Source: Antedon mediterranea (taxonomy: Eukaryota; Animalia; Echinodermata). From it: a stretch of DNA of 64,000 bases. Where the stretch lies: positions 35,164,304 to 35,228,303 of the forward strand of contig NC_092671.1 in NCBI RefSeq assembly GCF_964355755.1, written 5' to 3'. The number at the start of each line of letters is the position of its first letter. Position 1 is the stretch's first letter. Below, in pieces: positions 1-15,300 of this stretch. Below the pieces are notes generated by a model. That model saw only the letters and a list, made by a program, of their open reading frames with translations, did no database searches and was not told the DNA's origin. A program made the position numbers and the translations under genes.

Positions 1-195
1 AATTCATATAGAAGTTAAAATCGTTGACAGATAAAATATATATATATACAATACGAACAATATTAGCTGGAAATTCGAGGTACATAGTAAAAATAATAAA
101 TACCTCCTAGATTTGAAAAAATACAACACAATTAATATCGAGAAGTGATAAAAATACAGTAAAAATTGTATAAAAATGCTTAAACTTTTATATTA

Positions 196-339
196 TAGTT
201 TAACCTCCCTGAGTGGCCACCTCCCTCCGCACTTTCAAAAGCCTGTTTGGTCTTCCTATGTAATAAGTGTATTTGGTACCGCCCGTAAGCGGCCATTTTT
301 CCCGGTCCCGAGGGTGGCCGCTTACGGGAGGTTTAACTG
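196..339. mobile_element. Short TIR element (Tc1/mariner/pogo-like MITE)
   Basis: Imperfect TIRs tagtttaacctccctgagtggccacc / ggtggccgcttacgggaggtttaactg, flanked by TA on both sides. Confidence 0.6.
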
Positions 340-392
340 TATAGTTTTCCATTTTGGGGAAGCAATTACTATCAATGAAATTATATTTACAG

Positions 393-3300
393 TTGACAAG
401 ACGAGTATATAAGGGCATTCCAGATTCATTACGAGGAATTATTTGGATGAAGTTACTAGATATAAATAAAATCAAACAAGAACAGCCAAACATTTACGAG
501 GTATGTTGACCATTGTAACATTTTTCATGTCTTAAGCCAGCTACGTAGGTAAATAAACTAGATTCTCTTAATTTAACGAACTTTAATGATATTAAATGTT
601 GCCAACATTAGAAGAAAAAATAATGAAGTCTTCCAAAAAGTCGTGAGCCCTTCCTTCTTCCTATTGTTATAGACTTCTAATACTACTATTGGTTTGTGTA
701 GTATTAGGAAAGTTTAGTGATACAACATGAAAATGTTCCATCATAGGAATTATTTAAGATTGGATAGTGTAGGATGTATAGATGTGTACTACACAATGTA
801 GTCTAGATATACTAGGAGAATTTGTTTACAATATCCTTATGATTGACCTGAAGTTAATTAATCTAGGAGTAACAGTTGTTTGATTGTTAATTGTCAATGC
901 TGATTGCTGACTACAAATCTTTAGGCTACAGTAAAAAGAGCTTTCTATTTGTACAGTATTAGTATTAAACGGTTTACATGTTGTCAACGAAGATTTATTC
1001 ATAGAAGAGGAAATTCGAAATACTTTCAGTTTCCATGGATCGTGTCATAATATGATGTCACTTGCCTTTTCCAGTAGACAAATAGGCTATATTTTATTGC
1101 AAAAATAAAAACTATATTTCACCTTGATACATGTGTGCATCTCTGCCGTGAACGTCGTGGAAATTTAATCACTTTTTAATTTGTACTGAAGTTACTTGCC
1201 ATTTCTAGTAGACAACAAGAGTCTATTAATATGTAGTCCAGTCACAGAAAGGAACGGAATAATAATGTGTTCGTTCTTATATAGCGTTTATTGCACAATG
1301 CTTCTAAATGCTTCACATTATTACCCCAGTCATTTTTTTAGATCATTTTCTATGACCAAACAATAACTGATAAGTTATAAGTGAGAGTGGAAATTTAGTA
1401 TTCAAGGTTGTCCATGTTTTTTAGGATGACGAAATGTTAGAGATAGAATCTATAATTTCAGCAGTTGTGTTTTGACCTATACCAGGTATTGGATAGAGTT
1501 AAACGAAAGTAAACTGTCTTGCCTATTAGGATACATGCAATGCGACAAACTTTGGTTTCGAACCCATGATCTTACGATCAGTAGTCCAACGTCCAAACCC
1601 ACTGCGCCACACGCCTAACACATAATAGGATTTTAATCAATACATTAAAAGTTATAAAACATTAGAGAAATTTAGTCTAGGATGGCGAGCCTTCTTTGTT
1701 TGTTATTTGGATATTAAGTTTTGCATTAATACAGTTAAGTATTCAAAATATAGGTTTAGATAATAATACTTACAACACCATTGCAGTTAATGAGAAGGTA
1801 AATCAATGTGAAATACCATTCACTTTCATAATACATTATTGATCATATTGATTAATGGTTGTTATTTTTTAGCGGTACTGTTTGATTCTGACTGACTGCT
1901 TTAAATAAACATGGATGTTCATTTCTCATTTTATCAACATTTTTGCTTTGATGTTTTTGAGTTTTGCGGCTAAACTTTGATGTGGTGTTCTTGCATACCT
2001 TATTATTTATTTGAAGTGAAATTAATAACAATTATTTTCTGGTTGTTAGTATATCATTTATTGACAAGAATTCATGAAATTCATCAATTTTCACTCAAAT
2101 TAGTCTATATAACTTCAGTAATTACTGTATATTGTTGTTGTTCATCAGCTGAAAATGCCACATCAACATTCAATTCAATTTGCATGCTTTTAGGTGAACT
2201 GTCTGGTTTTGTACAGTTTGCCGGATTAGTCAAAACAACGCTAAACTAAAAAGTAGACTTATGGTTTTAGGAAAATAGGTATGTAATTGTAAATGCCACT
2301 GTTGGCTTTATAGACCTTACTTGCCAGAAAACCACAATACAATTATTATGTTCAATTTTATATTCGTTTTGACATAAAAACTGTCCAAGGACACAGTAAT
2401 GACAACTTCTTCTAACTAAACATCCCGCAATGTTGGGTTTTCGTCGGAGTTTGTATTTACACACCTAAACGTGCTCTAAATCCACAATAATACCGAGTTG
2501 GGCTTAATAACTCTAGTAATTTATTTGTTTTCTATAGTGCTTTAAATGCCAAGGTTTCATAGACTATGATTTGATCAACCATACAGTAGCTTTTATTATT
2601 CAAATGCTTAGGTGTTTACTCTCAAGGTATTACCTTTCACTGTTATTACCTTTCACTGTTATTTAAAGGTAATATGTTTTTCATGCAGACGATTTCCTGT
2701 AAAAGAATTTGTTTTTATGTTGTGTAGATACATTACCTGAATAAATCCAGTAACTACAGTACTTAGAATATATTCAACATTTTGTCAAACTAGTTTGATA
2801 GTGTAAACAGAGCTTTAGGAACCATACCAAAACTAAATGGATTTAATTTTGGTATGGTTCCTAAAGCTCTGTCTACACTATCAAACTAGTTTGACAAAAA
2901 AAGTGTTATGTTCCCAAATATGGTAATGATATGCTCAAATATAGTAGTGATATGACATCATCGTCCATATTGAGGTATTGTACAAAACCGTTTCCTATTT
3001 TCAGACATCTGATCGATTATCAATTATTGCTAATCAAACGGTTCCCGGTTTAAAACATTTTTTCAACTTTTTAACTTCCCCAAAATATTTTAGCAACTGA
3101 AACCTCTATCAATAGTATCAAGGTTAGAAACAAGCGAAAACAATGTTTTGTCATTTGTTATTGGTGGTTTGGTTATAAATAAAACTATAGTCATTATGTA
3201 TTATAGATAAGTGATTTGCGGCTTCATCGATTCAATGTAACAAACAAGATTTTTCGATTAATATTTTTTTGGTGAATCTACTGTAAATCGTCTTGTTTTG

Positions 3301-6300
3301 ATGTTTGAAACCAACAGTTTGTTGTTTTGAGTTTTATCGAACCAGAAGTGTGTTTCCATTTCTATCGTTATGTCAACAAGGAAATGAAATTATATTCCTC
3401 CCTGGTTGTTGTCACAGTTTCTTTAGAATTTTTTTTATACAAAATAATTGTTAATGTTAATAAAAGTATTTGCTGATTCTGATATCCTATGGTTGGTATG
3501 TTAATTTATAGTGGCAAAGATTAAGGGAAGAATGTTGTATATGAATACAGTACTGTTGTGAATACAGTACTGTTGTGAATACAGTACTGTTGTGAATACA
3601 GTACTGTTGTGAATACAGTACTGTTGTGAATACAGTACTGTTGTGAATACAGTACTGTTGTGAATACAGTAGTTGATGACTCCGCCCAAAGTTTATGAAT
3701 AGCATACATGCCAACATCTGAAGTTTAAAAAATGGAATATGGTGTTTTTTAAGGTCAACAGCACCCTCTATCTATTATCAAGAGGTAATGAGTGCAGTTT
3801 GTGACGTCACAAGCGATTTCACGTGGTGGCTATGTGAGGGCAATCCCCTTTTCGTTGAGGGAAAAATCAGAAATTGATGGCCGCAGATGGTCGTACATGA
3901 CAAATTATCGTAATTTACTTGTGTGCAAGCTTTTTTGTTATATTTTAATGCAGAAAAACATACAGATACATCATTATTCAGTTATCTTCGTAATACGGGA
4001 GAAAATGTGGAAAAACGGGAGCACAACAATGGACCAGGAGACGAGTCTAAATATGGGAGTCTACCCTACACCAACCATTAACATATTGTGAACAATTGTT
4101 GAAACTAGGGAGAGGGAGGAGAGTAGTAGATGTGAACATTATTTTTGCTGAACTTCAAAACATTAAGACACATGCAGGAACATTCACCTCATACTGTACA
4201 TTGCGTGTATAAGCAATTATTTCCGCTACGATGCCCTTGGCTGTCGAGGCTGTTCAAACTATTTTCAAAGTCTATATGCAAATAGTTTGCGATGACATAA
4301 TTAAAATGACTTCCTATTACCTCTTATGATCGTATAAAAAAATCCCTTGTTTTTATGTTAAATCCGTCGGAATCTTTGTCAATAATCATCCAGCGTAATA
4401 ATTCCGGAAAATTATTCTTAGAACATTTGTGATTTAAAGATGTTGTTGTAGACAATCTTCATTAGTAATGTGCAGATGTGTTTTGGCTTGAATGTTGTTA
4501 ATACATTCTACTTAAATCCTATGCTTATGTATGGGTCAATGCTCTGCAGTGTAGAAAAGCTGATTCCTACTGAGCTACAGTAGTAATGTTGTGTACAATC
4601 TTTAGTAGATGTGTTTTGGTTTTAAAGCTCAGGTACAGGCATGAATTTTTAATATCTGGTTAATTGTACAAAAATAAAATATGTTTAACAGAAATCATGA
4701 AAAAAAAAACATGAATTTCTCCTAAAATGGGCAAATACAAAATTTGGCAAAATTCTGCTATAAAACCCAGAAACACTTTTCAGTAGCTAGGTAGTTTGAC
4801 CTAATGTATTGTACTGTAATAACATGTCTTTTGACTCCCTAGAAAGTGAAAAAAGATGGTGGGATATATTTTTGCTATAGCATGAAAACTGTGTTGTTAA
4901 ATAGTAAAATTCAAGTTATATTACGTATATTTAGTCATCTAATAACATTTTTTACCAATTTTTACCACATTTATATTATATAAATTATGAAACATAGAGG
5001 AAACTATAGATCGCTAATTATTGGAATGTATGATCAATAGAAATGTTTTGCCCGCACCTGGCCTTTAATGTGTTGGTAATAAATACGCTGCCAAGATCCT
5101 ACTGTATGCTTATGCATGGGTCAATGTTCTGCAGTGTTAAAGCTATGCAATCATGTCCTACTGAGCCAGTCATGTATTAAAGTGCCAATGTTTGAAACAT
5201 AGGGAAAAGCTATTAACAAATCTCATCGTTAGTTAGAGGGGATTTGTTTACAGCTCTATCAAACTTTATGTGACAAGAAAAATGTGATGTGCCCAAATTT
5301 GGACATGATGATGTCATACAACTACCGTATTTGTACATACAACTACCATATTATTTGTGTACATCACACTTTTTTTTTTCAAAAAACTTTTGGCAACAAA
5401 AATGACTGTTTGCAAAATGTATTTAAAGAGTTGACCTTAATTGGTATGCAAATTAGGGATATTTTATTTTTATAGGTGTTTGATGACACTGAATTAGTAA
5501 TTTGCCAGAATATATTATATTATAACACTTTTTTAAACAAACATCCACAATATATTAGCAAGACAGCTAGACAACTGGCTATATACTGTATTTGTCTACA
5601 AACTGAAAAATATTCAAATTATCTAATTAACTGAACATCCCATATAAAGTAATTTCAGCGCAGTACACAGAATGTTAAAGTTGTTTGTATTTCCGTCCAT
5701 ACTTTCGGTTTCACACAATATAAAAATAAAGCACAAAGCAAACTGGAAACATTTTAAACTCTTTCAAAAATCCCATTCAGGAATACGTGCCCAATTAAAT
5801 TTTTGCCCTCGGTATATATTTGTACACTTGGCTATTTGTGAAGATAAGATTGTTCAATGTTTGAGTAAGATTCAATACTTCAGTTGACATTTACTTTGAC
5901 CTTTCACCTATATGTGAGAAAGATTATTTAGCTTTCATATTGATTTATTAACATTTAATATCATTGATCATTGAATATTAAATGAAATAAATTAATCATA
6001 TTTACAATGTTAACACTTGCATAATAATAAATTGTAGACATCTTTATGGGAAATATGTTTCACAGTAAAATTTACTGTACAGCAATTTGATCTTGTTCTC
6101 ACTTCATTTAATACATTATTTGTGTTTAAATTTAATACTGTTCGCACTGGACTTGAAAAGTGGTAAATTTATTACCATGGTAGCTTTACCTAATGTCATC
6201 AGATTTTCATGCTATTAGTTTTAACGTAATTTTACAAAAATTGAACTGTGATGTTAAGCTCTGTCTACACTATCAAACAAGTTTGACAAAAAAGTGTGAT

Positions 6301-9300
6301 GTGCCCAAATATGGCAGTGATATGCCCAAATATGGTAGTGATATGACATCATCATATCTACTGTATATGGGCACATCACATTGTTTTGTCACATAAAATG
6401 TTATAGTGTATTAGTAGTGTGCTTTTTCATAAAAATGATTGACTCGCATGTGTTACATGATTTGGACATTCATTTTTTTAGTTGCATGGTTGTATGCGGT
6501 AAAAGTAACTATTTTACTTGTATTATTTAATCCTGTGGCAATTGTAGCCAGTGTTCGAATTGGACTTGGTCACTTTAGCCGCCGACTCGTTTAAATTTGA
6601 CCAAATTAAGTCCAGTGTGATCGAGTTTGATAGTTGGAGTATGTATTTAATTTATGTATTGTAGTTTAATGGTGCGTAATAATAAATATGGATATTGTTT
6701 AAATAATTAAGATTTTAATTTATTATACTTAGTAGAGAATGATTCGTTTTTAGTGTTAAAGTTCACACATTATTTTCCTATAATGTCAACAACAGCATCT
6801 CCGTCATAGATTTTGTCAATTATTAAATTCAGGAAAAACAAATCGCATTATCATACATTATTCAAACTTTTTTCATAATTATTATAAAGTGATTACCGTG
6901 TCTACTGCGGATTCAAGGAATCATGTTGGTTGCCGATGTAATGAATTTTCAAGCCGATACCTCGGGGCGATATCTCAATCGCATTTAAATTCTCCTCAGA
7001 TATCAATGCAAAATCCTATAGGAGCTGGCTATAGTCTACAAGAAACAATGGTAGAGAATAGAGAGGACTTAATAATCCTGGCTATTAAAGCTAGTGTAAT
7101 TCTGTACATAGATGAATATTTATTTATGAACGAATGCTTTAATTATGTTATCGGATAAGATGAAGAACTTGCTTGACAGCCGACTAGGTTGATAATAAGA
7201 TATTTTGATATTTACTGCTGAATGTGTTTTATCTTAATTATGCGTTTAGTCCGATACATTATATGACTGTGAATTGAAATATTAAATATTGGATTGCCTT
7301 GTATTCAGAAACTTTGAAGACGCATACAATAATAAAGGTTTATTCAAATTTCTGGTAAATAAAAAACAAATATTAAAAAGACCTTTTTTACATTGTGTTA
7401 TGACCTCACATGAGCTTTGAACTTTGACATTAATAAAATAATGTGAACATACTGTAATTACTAATAGAAACTAATATTTCAAAATCAACAGTATTGTAAT
7501 AATAGGATTTTCTTACATTTTATAGTTTTACAAAGAAAATATTAATTTCCATTGGACTAAATCTAAAATTATGTTTAATCCTTTTTTTTTTTTTTCAGAA
7601 AATGAAAACGTTTGCGTTGAGCTCATCAACAGATATACGACAAATTGATTTGGACGTCAATCGGACATTTCGCAATCATATTATGTTTAGGGAAAGATAT
7701 GGTATAAAGCAACAAGCCTTGTTTAACATTTTATCAGCTTATTCTGTTTACAATTCCGTAAGTATTTTCCTCTATAAGTCCTTACTCTATTGACTTTAGG
7801 CCATAACAAAAACATTAACATAGGATACAGGCACTTTTTTTCAAAGTTATTATATGTAAGATGCCAAATAAAATATGCTACCTGGTGTACACCATTGGAT
7901 GATAGTTTAAATAAAAATTTAATATACTACTACACAAAACGTCGTAATTGTAGAAAAACACAGAAGAATTGAATTGAATTGAATCCATTAAGAAAAATTC
8001 AATATTTTCTTGTGTACAGAATGACCGAAATCGTAATCGAAACTTCAATTGCGCAGGTACTGCACCTATGCCTACTACCACCTATGCTACACATCTTGTG
8101 TCCATTGAATGAGATAAATTCATATTTTTTATATTGATATTTCAAACCAAAAAAAACAACACTTGTTTGACCCACATGCAGGTGACCCAGTTAATTATAA
8201 ACGAAAAAAATGCAGTCTAACTCTATTTTAGGATTTGTTTGAGAAATTACACTATGCCGTATCTGTCCGCCTTAAACGATCTTTGTCATCACGTACTGTA
8301 TGTAGGTTGTTTTGATTCGTTTTGATACAACATTATCAATCAAAATTTACTATGTTTCCATTCATTTAAAATCATACATTAATTCATTATAAAAAGATTA
8401 ATGTTAATTATGAATGGAACAAACTTAATACAATACATCATTTTTCTAATTTAAAGAGGTTAACGATTTCCCTTTAATAATTCCATTACAATTACATTGA
8501 ACTAGATCACAAAACTGGTGGTGTTCTGAAATTTGATCTATATCGATTCACGTATGGAACGGATAATTGCATTGATTGGTCGATGCATTTGAATTAATTA
8601 GCCTTTACATTAATAGACTGTATGGATAGCTCCTTAATTTATAGTGTAGATTAGCATTCCAAATAGAAAATAATAATGTTTTATGACGTTGCGATATATC
8701 GTTGCGGATAATAGTATGCAAATAATGAATGTTTATCATTCCTTCATTCATTCATTCATCTTTTTTATTTCGGGAATATCATGGTGACATAATATTATAT
8801 CCATAGCAAAAGAGAGAAAAAAAAAAATCTTAATCTAACAGCTCATAGAACAAAAACAAAGATATGTAAATATATAAAGTCAATGCAACAAAGCATGAGT
8901 GTAAAGGTACAAATAATGCAATGGAAAAAAAATCCTAGGCCTAGCACGATTTTTTTTCCATACATGAAAAAAAGTACTATTGAATGACCGTTCAATAGTG
9001 CGTACTATTGTAGCCATGTTACCCACAATCATCCAATCAAATGATAGGAATTTATTTAGGTGTTATATATTCATTGCCTTATAGTAACATTTGCTTGATC
9101 TTTGGGGTCACATATTATGAGGGAGGGTGTAGGGGTGTGCAGGACAAAGGTTTGAATGGGAGAGATTGGAAACCTAGGTTGTATTAATAGTATTTTTATT
9201 GTTTGTTATCTTTATCTTATTTGTTAATGATGGTTGTGGTAAGTCTGATAATTGAGTCGGTAACAATATTTTTGAAATATTTATATAAAGAAACAATGTT

Positions 9301-12300
9301 GTGATTATGACATTTAACTTCAATGTTAAGCCTGGTAATTAATTCAGTGCAAACATAGAGAAGAATACATTTTATTTTATATAAAATGATAACTTTAAAG
9401 GCTTGCCAAGGGAATAGATTTCAATTTAAATCTACTGGCATTAGCAGTGTTACTTTTTATTTATTGCACTGAATCCGTATAGCAAATTCCTCTAGCTTAT
9501 GATGATAAATTGTTAATCTAATTCTCATGTAAAATAAAATTGACAGTAAATGGATTCAAATGTATGAGGTGTCGTTAAGAGGAAAAGCTAATGTTTAAAT
9601 TTAAATTAAACATGATTTATTGATGTTGCGCCTTCCAAGTATTGCATGTTAAAAAATGGAGAAAAAAATGACATAAAATTAATACACAATACAGGTTTAA
9701 TGCATTGTCCTCCCAAAATATTAAGAAATTGAAATTAATAAAATTAGTTCTTGAATCATTTTGCAGTTTTGATCAAATTATTCCACAATAAAAAATAATA
9801 ATTTCACATTAGTTAAAAAAAAAATTTAACCAAAAACCTGACTGAAACACTTACAGAGAATATGCTCATATTGGCCCATATTGATGGTAACTCAACATTT
9901 TAATAAGCTTTTGTGAAGTCACCAATAGTGTATACTGATGGCAATAATAAACAAAATACTATAATGCACTGTCTCAAAAAACACATGTGCACAAAAGGTT
10001 TTTAAACTGTATGTTCATTCACATTGTATTCAGTCAATGACAGAATGGCATTCATATTGTGGTGTTAGGTCACTTTTCTTTTAAAAACAGATTATATTAT
10101 GATGTTTACAACTGCATTAAACCATTTTTTAAAAACTACTGTATAAATAATGTTCTTGTAACCAATTTTTTTAATAGCGACACATTAATCAAATCTTTCC
10201 TCAACCTTTTTCCAAAGTAAATAAAATCTCTTAATTTAGCATACTGTATATATACACTGTCTCTCATAGTACATTATTACATAAGTTGGAACAGCATAAA
10301 TCTCGTTAATAACATGATTAATTAATAGCTGGCTAGGAAACCATGGCATGATTGATAGAACATACAATTTAAGACTAATTCCGATTGAGCCAAATATATT
10401 CATGTCTCGTTTCGTTCCGTTCCGAACTATCAAAGCCTTAGGTAGTTTTCGCCGGATGTGTAATTTTTACATGTTATAAAAACGCTGTTTGTTTATTCAA
10501 TGCTATGTGAACACGCATATTGTATTCCTTGTTGAACGGCTGTAGATTCCTTGAGAAAGTTTAATGCCCTTTAAGAGAGAGAATGCTCTGGAAAGATGTC
10601 ATCTAAGGCGCATCATTAGGGGCTTAGACAGAAGAATTCAGGGCCTAAGGTTGGCTATTAAAGTTGTATTGAAATGATTGATATTTAGTCTGAAGGGTGT
10701 AATTAAATGTCTGCTTTTTGCATAACAATCTATTCTAATGTAACAAGTCCCTTAATGGATCATCATCATCAGTGACAATTCTATCTCTTTTAGATACAAA
10801 GTTATGCAGAATAGTTGATGTATAAGGGGTAGCTTGCTCGTTTGACAGCAATGTACTTTGTTTAAGCTGCCCCTTGCACAACATTCTGCATTTTTATGTT
10901 ATGTTATTTGTTAATATGTTTGTGGAATAAAGAAACAAAACGAGAACTGAGAATGGCAATAAACTTTTAATGTTTTCTAATATTCAAGCAAAAATCAATT
11001 AATTTTGTTTGCACAAAGGTAAACATTATGATCTGCCAAAGTCTCCATAGTATATTACTTCCTTTGGATATTCTTGGTTGAAGAAAGTCTTTAGTTTGAA
11101 GAAGGGAAAGGTCTTTATTGAAGGGAGTTGTTAATTAGAGAGGTCTCTTTTATTGGGTTTATCTTAAGTTGGAAAATGGCTTTAATTCGATAGGATTTTT
11201 ATTTAACTTTTCTATTATCAAAATGAAGTTTTAATGATTTTTTTTACATTTCTTACTCTATATCTGTAGAGAATTATTTTCGTTAAACCATTCATGAATA
11301 CGTACGTGTGCGATGTTTCGACTTGTTTCTTACTTTGTAGTTTTTTTAATTGATATATATTGAAATTATGATAAGTTAATATGTCACTAATCTTCTACTA
11401 ACAGACATAGTATCATTCTAAGCTGCTTTTAATACTCTGCTCAACGTTTCCTTTATTAGCCAGTATGTTCTGCTAATGTTTCCTTAATGTATATTTTATT
11501 AAGTTTATTAGGTTTGTCAATTATAGGAAGTTCGCACCAGAAACTACTTTTTTAGAGAGTCCATTTTGTAGATTATAGCTTACCTGGATAAAACAAAAAT
11601 ATCCCTATTCTTGCAGAGAGATTTAACTCTAAAATAAACCCTATCTATAAATGGTACAGTCCATATGAACCATGTTGTCAATGCATCTCACCGAATATAT
11701 TATTAGTATTACTAGTGTAGTGCCGATCTAAACTACTTTTAATAACTTCTTACTGTACTACTTAACTGATAAATGTTTATAATTATATTTTATTATATTG
11801 TTTTGTTTTTCTTGATAGGAGGTTGGTTACTGCCAAGGTATGAGTCAAATAGCAGCACTACTACTTATGTACATGAACGAGGATGATGCATTCTGGGCCT
11901 TACATGTTTTACTTACAGATACAAAACATGCAATGCATGGTAAGATCATGGTTATGACATTCAAATGAATCATCAAGTCACATGGTACACACCAGCCATT
12001 TTGTGTCACTTTTTCAACATTAAACTATGTTAAATATGTGCAGTGTCCAGTGCATAATAATTTAAACATCATACTTTTTAATACTTGAATACTACATGTC
12101 CCAAAGGAGGGTTTCTGGTGTGGAGAAGAAACCCTCCTTTTTGTCACCCCTATTCTGAAGATGCCTCTACTAAGGCGACACTTGGGTTCTACATTGAAAT
12201 AAATTAAATTTATACTCAATATCTTTTTTTTATGCAGTTGCTGCAGTAACTGCAGTAGAATCATTTTGACATGGTCCTCTTTTCAGTTGATGAACACTGT

Positions 12301-15300
12301 TCACTGTCTATCTATATTTAAATATTAGTTCCTAATAGGAAATCCTACATGACATCATTGTTATTTCTCAAACTTATTGGTTGGTTGATTAAATCACGCT
12401 TCAATTCAACTTTCGTAAACATTTTAACTTGACTTGATGAATGATGTACAATGAATGATGTACAAAGATTGATTGTCTTTACATAAACTTGTTGGCTTAA
12501 GTTTGAAATGAATGTTTATACAGTCAACTCTCCCAATACCGGACACCCTTGGGCGGGCATATATTTTCCGGTTTTTCGAAAGTCCGGTTTCCTGAAAACA
12601 TATTTTTAAAGTCATCACGTTGTCACCGAATGCTGCCCGGTACGGTCTCCTAGCGTAGGCAAGGCCTAGGCTAGGCTATGATTGTGTCAATCTAGTTTTA
12701 ATTAAATAATTACTGATAGGCCTAGGCCTACTTTATTAATATTAAGCTACAGTAATTCAATTTACCTTTTTTAAAAGTTACATTATTTACTGTACCAATA
12801 AAACATGTTACAATAGTAAATTATTGTTTCTCAATGTGTTTTTAACAGCAAAAAGGCCTACGTACGTACGTACGTACGGTGAACATAATTTCGGTCTGTT
12901 TATTGTTTTTCGTGAGCTAGCTAGCAGCAGCAGCATGGGTGAAGGGCTTTGATTGATGCGCATGTGCAGAGGTGTCATAATCAAATAAAAACGCCCACAC
13001 CTAGACCACATGTTTTTTAAGCTCCTTTATTTTGACGTAATTTGATAGCAATGATGAAAATTGATTAGGTAAACGAGCCAAGCAATAATGACACAATAAT
13101 TAATTGGTAACATTTCAAAGTTTATTAACACTAGTTGAGTCAAGTTCATTCCGTTTACGTTTTGCCATAATGATTTCCAAATTTATAATGATGCACATTT
13201 TTAGTCCCGTTTAGTGAAACATTTAAAGTCCTATTGCAATTGTGAATTTAACAATAATTTAAACAAAACAAAGACACAGGAATGTAAATTTAACTTTATT
13301 AAAAAACAATTCATATGCTAAAAAACAGGGAGTTGTTAACAACTCCCTGCTAAAAACAATAGAGACATAGCGCTTCGATGTGAAAAAGCCCACCGCAGTT
13401 CGATACGCAACAAAGCAATTGCCGCCTCGTGGGTTAACAATGAACTGACCTGTCAATCACAGTGTAGTGCTCCATGGCAACATTATTTGATCGTACCGCG
13501 AAACGTCGCGCACTTCATGCATGGTGAGGGTATGGTTAAAAGCTTTTGTACATTGTGAATGTAGTGAATCCGAGTCAGCGACGACGATGTTACGTTGTTT
13601 TCGTAAATATTTGGAGTTTTTTAACCGTCAGTCCGGTTTTCAGACGCTAATTTTCGTGTTTTGTACTTCATAATTTGTCCGGATTCCGGAATTGGGTATT
13701 CCGGTGTTCATAATAAATTACAGTACATTTAGAATAGGGACAAATTGGGCCTTCCAAAAAAGTCCGGTTTTTCATGAATTCCGGTTTTGGGAGAGTCCGG
13801 TATTGGGAGAGTTGACTGTATATAAAACACCTCATCATCTATTCTTGAATGTTATATTATAGTGCATGTTTGATATGGCATAGTGTAATTAGGTTTTATT
13901 GGCCCTTAAAGGAGGAAGGCCTGATTTGATTTTCCCGGTATGGATGTTATATCTTGGGGTGGGTCAAACTTGTGGGTCTTTATTATCCTGTATGTATGTT
14001 ATAATATTGTGGAAATAAATTAAATTAAAATTATAAAAGAAAAATAAATGAGTAAGAAGAAATTAAATACATATTTTTTATTAAGTGAGGTGTAGGCCTG
14101 TAAAATGTATAGATGCCTCTAATGACCACTGCATCAGAATAAAATAGATGTGGGTCGTTAATTGGAAGAAACCATTCAATTGTGTTGTCCAAATTGTGGA
14201 AATAGACATACAAAATTATAACATGCATAATTTATTATTTTTTATGATCATATATATTGTCCCCTAAAGAATTTGTTTTTGTCAAATTTTTTGTTTGTTG
14301 AATATGCCATTTTAATGTCACATAATAGATATTCACTCTTACCAAAAACTGGATCTACCAGAAAAAAATGTAATTATTAAAATCAAAACAAAAAAACTTT
14401 TGTTTTTTACACAGCAGTGAATAACTTAATTAACTCAAAATGGCCTATTTAAAGTCTGATTTTATTAATCTTCATTTACCTCCGCCAAGGAGGTATATGT
14501 AATCGATCGCGTGTGTTTGTTTGTCTGTTTGTTTGTTTGTTAGCAGATACTTTTCAGACCTGCTAGTGTTAAAAAGATACAGAATTTTTCAAAAGCCGGC
14601 GAGCAGTCTTAAAGTAACAAGTAAACTCAAATAAAATTTTCTCGAACTACTTGTCCAAAAAATTTTTGTACAAGAGTCAAGAGTTATAATTTGTGATTTG
14701 TAATTTTAAAACATAATTTGATTTAATGTGCACGTTTTTTGATGCGAGTAGTTTACAAAACCTATTTCTTTTCAAATTCACTCGTTTGATTTTCGCGTTG
14801 CTGTTCTATTGTTCGTCAACTGAAGCTATTGTTAATTGAAAGGCTTGTTACATAACCATTACACCAAACTCGCATACACATGCTTGTAGTGAAATTAGTG
14901 TAAATCACAAACAGCATTACAGTAAGACACACACAAATATATATATTTTTTTTTTTTTACCGGAGAAATCTTATGTAGGAGAATTTTACAGTAGGCGGAG
15001 GTATGCACTCTGGGAGTGGCTTTCTAGTTTTTCATGTTTTTGGAGGACAATAGATCTTTAACATTTCATTTCATTTATTCATACTATATCTCAATGAAAA
15101 TATTTTTTTATTTTCAGGATTTTTTGTACCTGGGTTTCCAAAGTTGGTACGCTTTCAAAGTCATCATGATCACATTCTAAAAAAATTAATGCCAAAAGTT
15201 AAAAAGAATTTGGTATGTATGTGTTATATTAATGTTTATGTATTAATTTAATTCAAATTATAAATTAAACGGCTCTATCCCCGACAACGTTGCCAGGCTA

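Noticed and set aside
3792-4091. 99-aa ORF as a nested gene
   Set aside because: GTG start, no recognisable domain, no supporting exons.
7000-7050. Possible 51-nt in-frame cassette exon in USP6NL
   Set aside because: Weak donor (GTAGAG), no similarity to the TBC family, and it would interrupt a conserved domain.
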